DNA from: Mobula hypostoma
Taxonomy: Eukaryota
Direction: 5' to 3'
DNA: 64,000 bases
Assembly (NCBI RefSeq): GCF_963921235.1
Contig: NC_086108.1
Coordinates: forward strand, 19,592,001 to 19,656,000
Under the pieces are notes generated by a model that worked only from the letters and a program-made list of their open reading frames with translations, had not been told where the DNA came from and ran no database searches. Below are positions 61,361 to 64,000 of this stretch, piece after piece; the stretch's first letter is position 1; each line of letters opens with the position of its first letter. The position numbers and the translations under genes were made by a program.

Positions 61361-63116
61361 TGACGGTATTGACTCCTTTTGACTTGCTGGATTCCAGATT
61401 CATTTACACGCATAGTTGGACCAACTGGATGCATTTTTAACCGCAGTTCCTCTAGCACATCTGGTCCATGTCTCTTTATTGCTACCCCATTGCTGCCAAA
61501 ATCCAAATTCAGACATTGTATCAATTTATGAAATGTTCTTTTGAGTCATCAGTCTCAGATTGCAGTTGAGATTATTGTAGCTGGCATTCTTGCAAACATA
61601 TCCCATTGTATCAGCTTCTCCATCCTGAGTGAATGCTGTTGGCGTCTCATGTCTTTGCATGTTTTTGATGCTCAACTCTTAAATCCTTTCAGAGCTTCAG
61701 TTGTGTTGTTTTAATACCTCTTTGGTGTAGCTCTCTGTCCCTTTTCAACTTTTTGGGGTTTTTATTTGACTTTTTTTAAATGTCTCAACATTGCTAACAC
61801 ATTTCAGTCATGTTCATATGAATAATGCGTATGTTGACAGAGTTCTGGAAGATTATAACAGTAATAGCAGGAAACCAAGATTAAACTGACCAACTGTATA
61901 TTTTCATTTGATGAGATGCTCGTGGTTCTGTCTGGACCACCACTGACTGTACAAAGTCAATGTTCCAGTGGAAGGTTGATAACTGCACCACATTTGGTTT
62001 CCTTTGTAGTTTTGGTCGTAGGCAGCGGTTAAGTCAGAACACTTAGAAAAGGCCAATTTTAATTAACTCTTCTGTACTTGACTGTTACCCTGTTAGGTTT
62101 CTGTTGTGCATAATCTTGCTTAAAATATTTGAGAGCACTTGAGGTGCTTGAGACTGGCAAAGCAGTGCACTGAAAAGCAGGAAGTGGTTTTGGGTGAGTG
62201 GCCTTCTCAGCTAACATGGTGTGAATGGCCCGTTTTTGTGCCACAAATGTCTGTGCTGTTAACTGATGTGATTCCTGAGAGCTGTGTATTTCCTTCGGTT
62301 TGAAGATGAGGAATTTGGGGAGTGAACCCTCTCTCGATCTCTTAGTGTACTGAAATTAGTTTTTCAGCCCACCATTTCACTTTGACCACCGGCTGCCTTT
62401 CTACACTGATCCCTTTTATTAGCACCAAGTCAGTAGCCTTCTATGTCAAGGTGATTCAAATGCTAGTCTCTATATTTGTTAAATGTTGTGATTGCCTGCA
62501 TTTACCATTTGCTCAAGTGTGGTCAGATTCTAACCAAAGATGGTGGAAAAGGTTCTTCATTAGATCTGCTCTGTTTTGGAGAACTTTCTTAATATACAAA
62601 GGGCAAGTACAATTTTATTGAAATGCAAGAGAAAATCTGCAGATGCTGGAAATTAATGTGTTGTGAAAATGCAAGGGATTTTTTTTACATTAATTGTTAT
62701 GTGCATGCTGAGAAATATGCTGTTATGCCACTCGTACCGGAGCAAACTGTACTAAGTAGGTTTGAAGAGTTACTACAGAACTTTCTCCCATTCTTGAATG
62801 AGTGTCTGTTGTCCTATCTGGGACAGAAATGAGCTCGGTAAGGCTAATGGAATTTCCGTTGGTTTATTTGTTAGTAACTATGGAGTTAATTTTAGCAGGA
62901 AAAAACCCTGCTTGGTTATCTATGAGCAGATAATGAGGTGTGAACCCAAATTCATTCTCTTTTGCCACATGTGACGGTTGGGGTGGGTGGTTGGTGGCAC
63001 ATAAACAATTTGTAGCATCTTGTAAACTTGCTGTGGTAAACTAATTCAGAACACAATGTAGACCTTTGAGATGGTCATTTTAGGGTATTTTATTGTGAGG
63101 AGAGAAATATTTAAAT

Positions 63117-63319
63117 TTGTTGTTAAGTCGAGTCCAACTCTTCGTGACCTCATGGACTGTAGGGTCCATAGGATTTTCATGGCAGGATAGGGAAATAGAT
63201 TGCCAGGCCTTTTCTTCACAGATACTGCTGCTGCCCAGGTTGGGACCTGACTAGGTTTGAACTCAGGGTCATCTGCCTTGAAGTTCAGTTCTGATACCGC
63301 TACACAACCAGCGGCCCAG
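63117..63319 (-). mobile_element. tRNA-derived SINE with RTE-BovB-like 3' tail
   Basis: Minus strand: A-box-like tggttgtgtagcgg, B-box gagttcaaacc, tail gtccatgaggtcacgaagagttggactcgacttaacaacaa; TSD tatttaaat at 63108-63116 and 63320-63328. Confidence 0.8.
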
Positions 63320-63379
63320 TATTTAAATACATACCAGTACTGGGGATTGACTCCAGTGCTGCAGACACTGGCTTTACCA

Positions 63380-63712
63380 GCTGCATTCCTTTGGAGTATG
63401 CAGGCCTCTCCTTCACATGTTCTACCAGTGCGTTGTCACCAGTGCAATCTTCTATGTGGTGGTGTGCTGGGGCAATGGCACCAACATGGATGATGCCAAC
63501 CGGCTCAATGAACTGATTAGAAAGGCTGGCTCTGTTATAGGAGTCAAACTGGACACACCAGAGGCTGTGGTAGAATGGACCCTGTGGAAAATCTTGTCAT
63601 TTCTGGGCACTGTTTTTCAACCTCTGCTTAGCAGAACAGAGGAGCAGTTCTAGTAATTGACTAAGACAACTGTGCCATTTGAGGTCATTCTTACCCTCGG
63701 ACATTAGGCTCT
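63380..63712 (+). mobile_element. Rex1/Babar-like fragment
   Basis: MFYQCVVTSAIFYVVVCWG..LNELIRKAGS; similar to 16375-16730. Confidence 0.7.
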
Positions 63713-63719
63713 AAAGTGG

Positions 63720-64000
63720 AAAAGGGTGGCTAAAGTGAACGTAGGTCTCTTGGAGGATGGTGGGGGGTGCGGGGTGGAATTGATACTGGGTAATGAGGAA
63801 ATGGCCGAAGCTTTGACTATTTTGTGTCAGTGTTCACAGTGGAGGACATGTCTAACATTCCAAAGAGAGATGATTTGGATGCAATGGGAGGTGAGGACCT
63901 CAATACAATAGCTTCACTAAAGAGGTAGTGCTGAGCAAACCTGTGGGCCTAAGGATCGACAGGTCCCCTGGTCTGGCAGATTGGAAGAAGGTGAATGTCA
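63720..64000 (+). mobile_element. CR1 ORF2 fragment (runs off the window)
   Basis: VNVGLLE..ILGNEEMAEAL..SVFT; aggtcccctgg (KSPG-like). Confidence 0.65.

Noticed and set aside
1..64000. CRISPR arrays, rRNA/tRNA genes, prokaryotic operons
   Set aside because: None seen; the sequence is eukaryotic, and tRNA-like boxes occur only in SINE heads

Overview
Vertebrate genomic DNA, most likely a cartilaginous fish (ray/shark). This is inferred from the repeat complement: CR1 LINEs, Rex1/Babar LINEs, Penelope-like elements (PLE) and V-SINE/HE1-type SINEs. The window is dominated by transposable-element remnants. Main features: (1) a four-layer nest at 2.8-13.2 kb (Penelope > Gypsy LTR element with 5-bp TSD > near full-length RTE LINE > Tx1 fragment). 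It also carries a GC-rich fragment of an SLC8A (Na+/Ca2+ exchanger) Calx-beta coding exon. The fragment ends at the conserved exon boundary and continues into sequence that might be the 5' start of the same exon, i.e. a candidate circRNA-derived (back-spliced) retrocopy; this is unproven. (2) About ten minimal type-I hammerhead ribozyme motifs in Penelope termini, several in fold-back insertions with TSDs, and one insertion starting at the predicted cleavage site. (3) A hAT-like element with a 6-bp TSD. (4) A tRNA-headed SINE with a BovB-like tail. (5) One probable host gene start: a CpG-rich promoter and a signal-peptide exon at 44073-44136 with upstream ATGs, gene not identified. Family names come from motif recognition, not database searches, and boundaries without a TSD are approximate.
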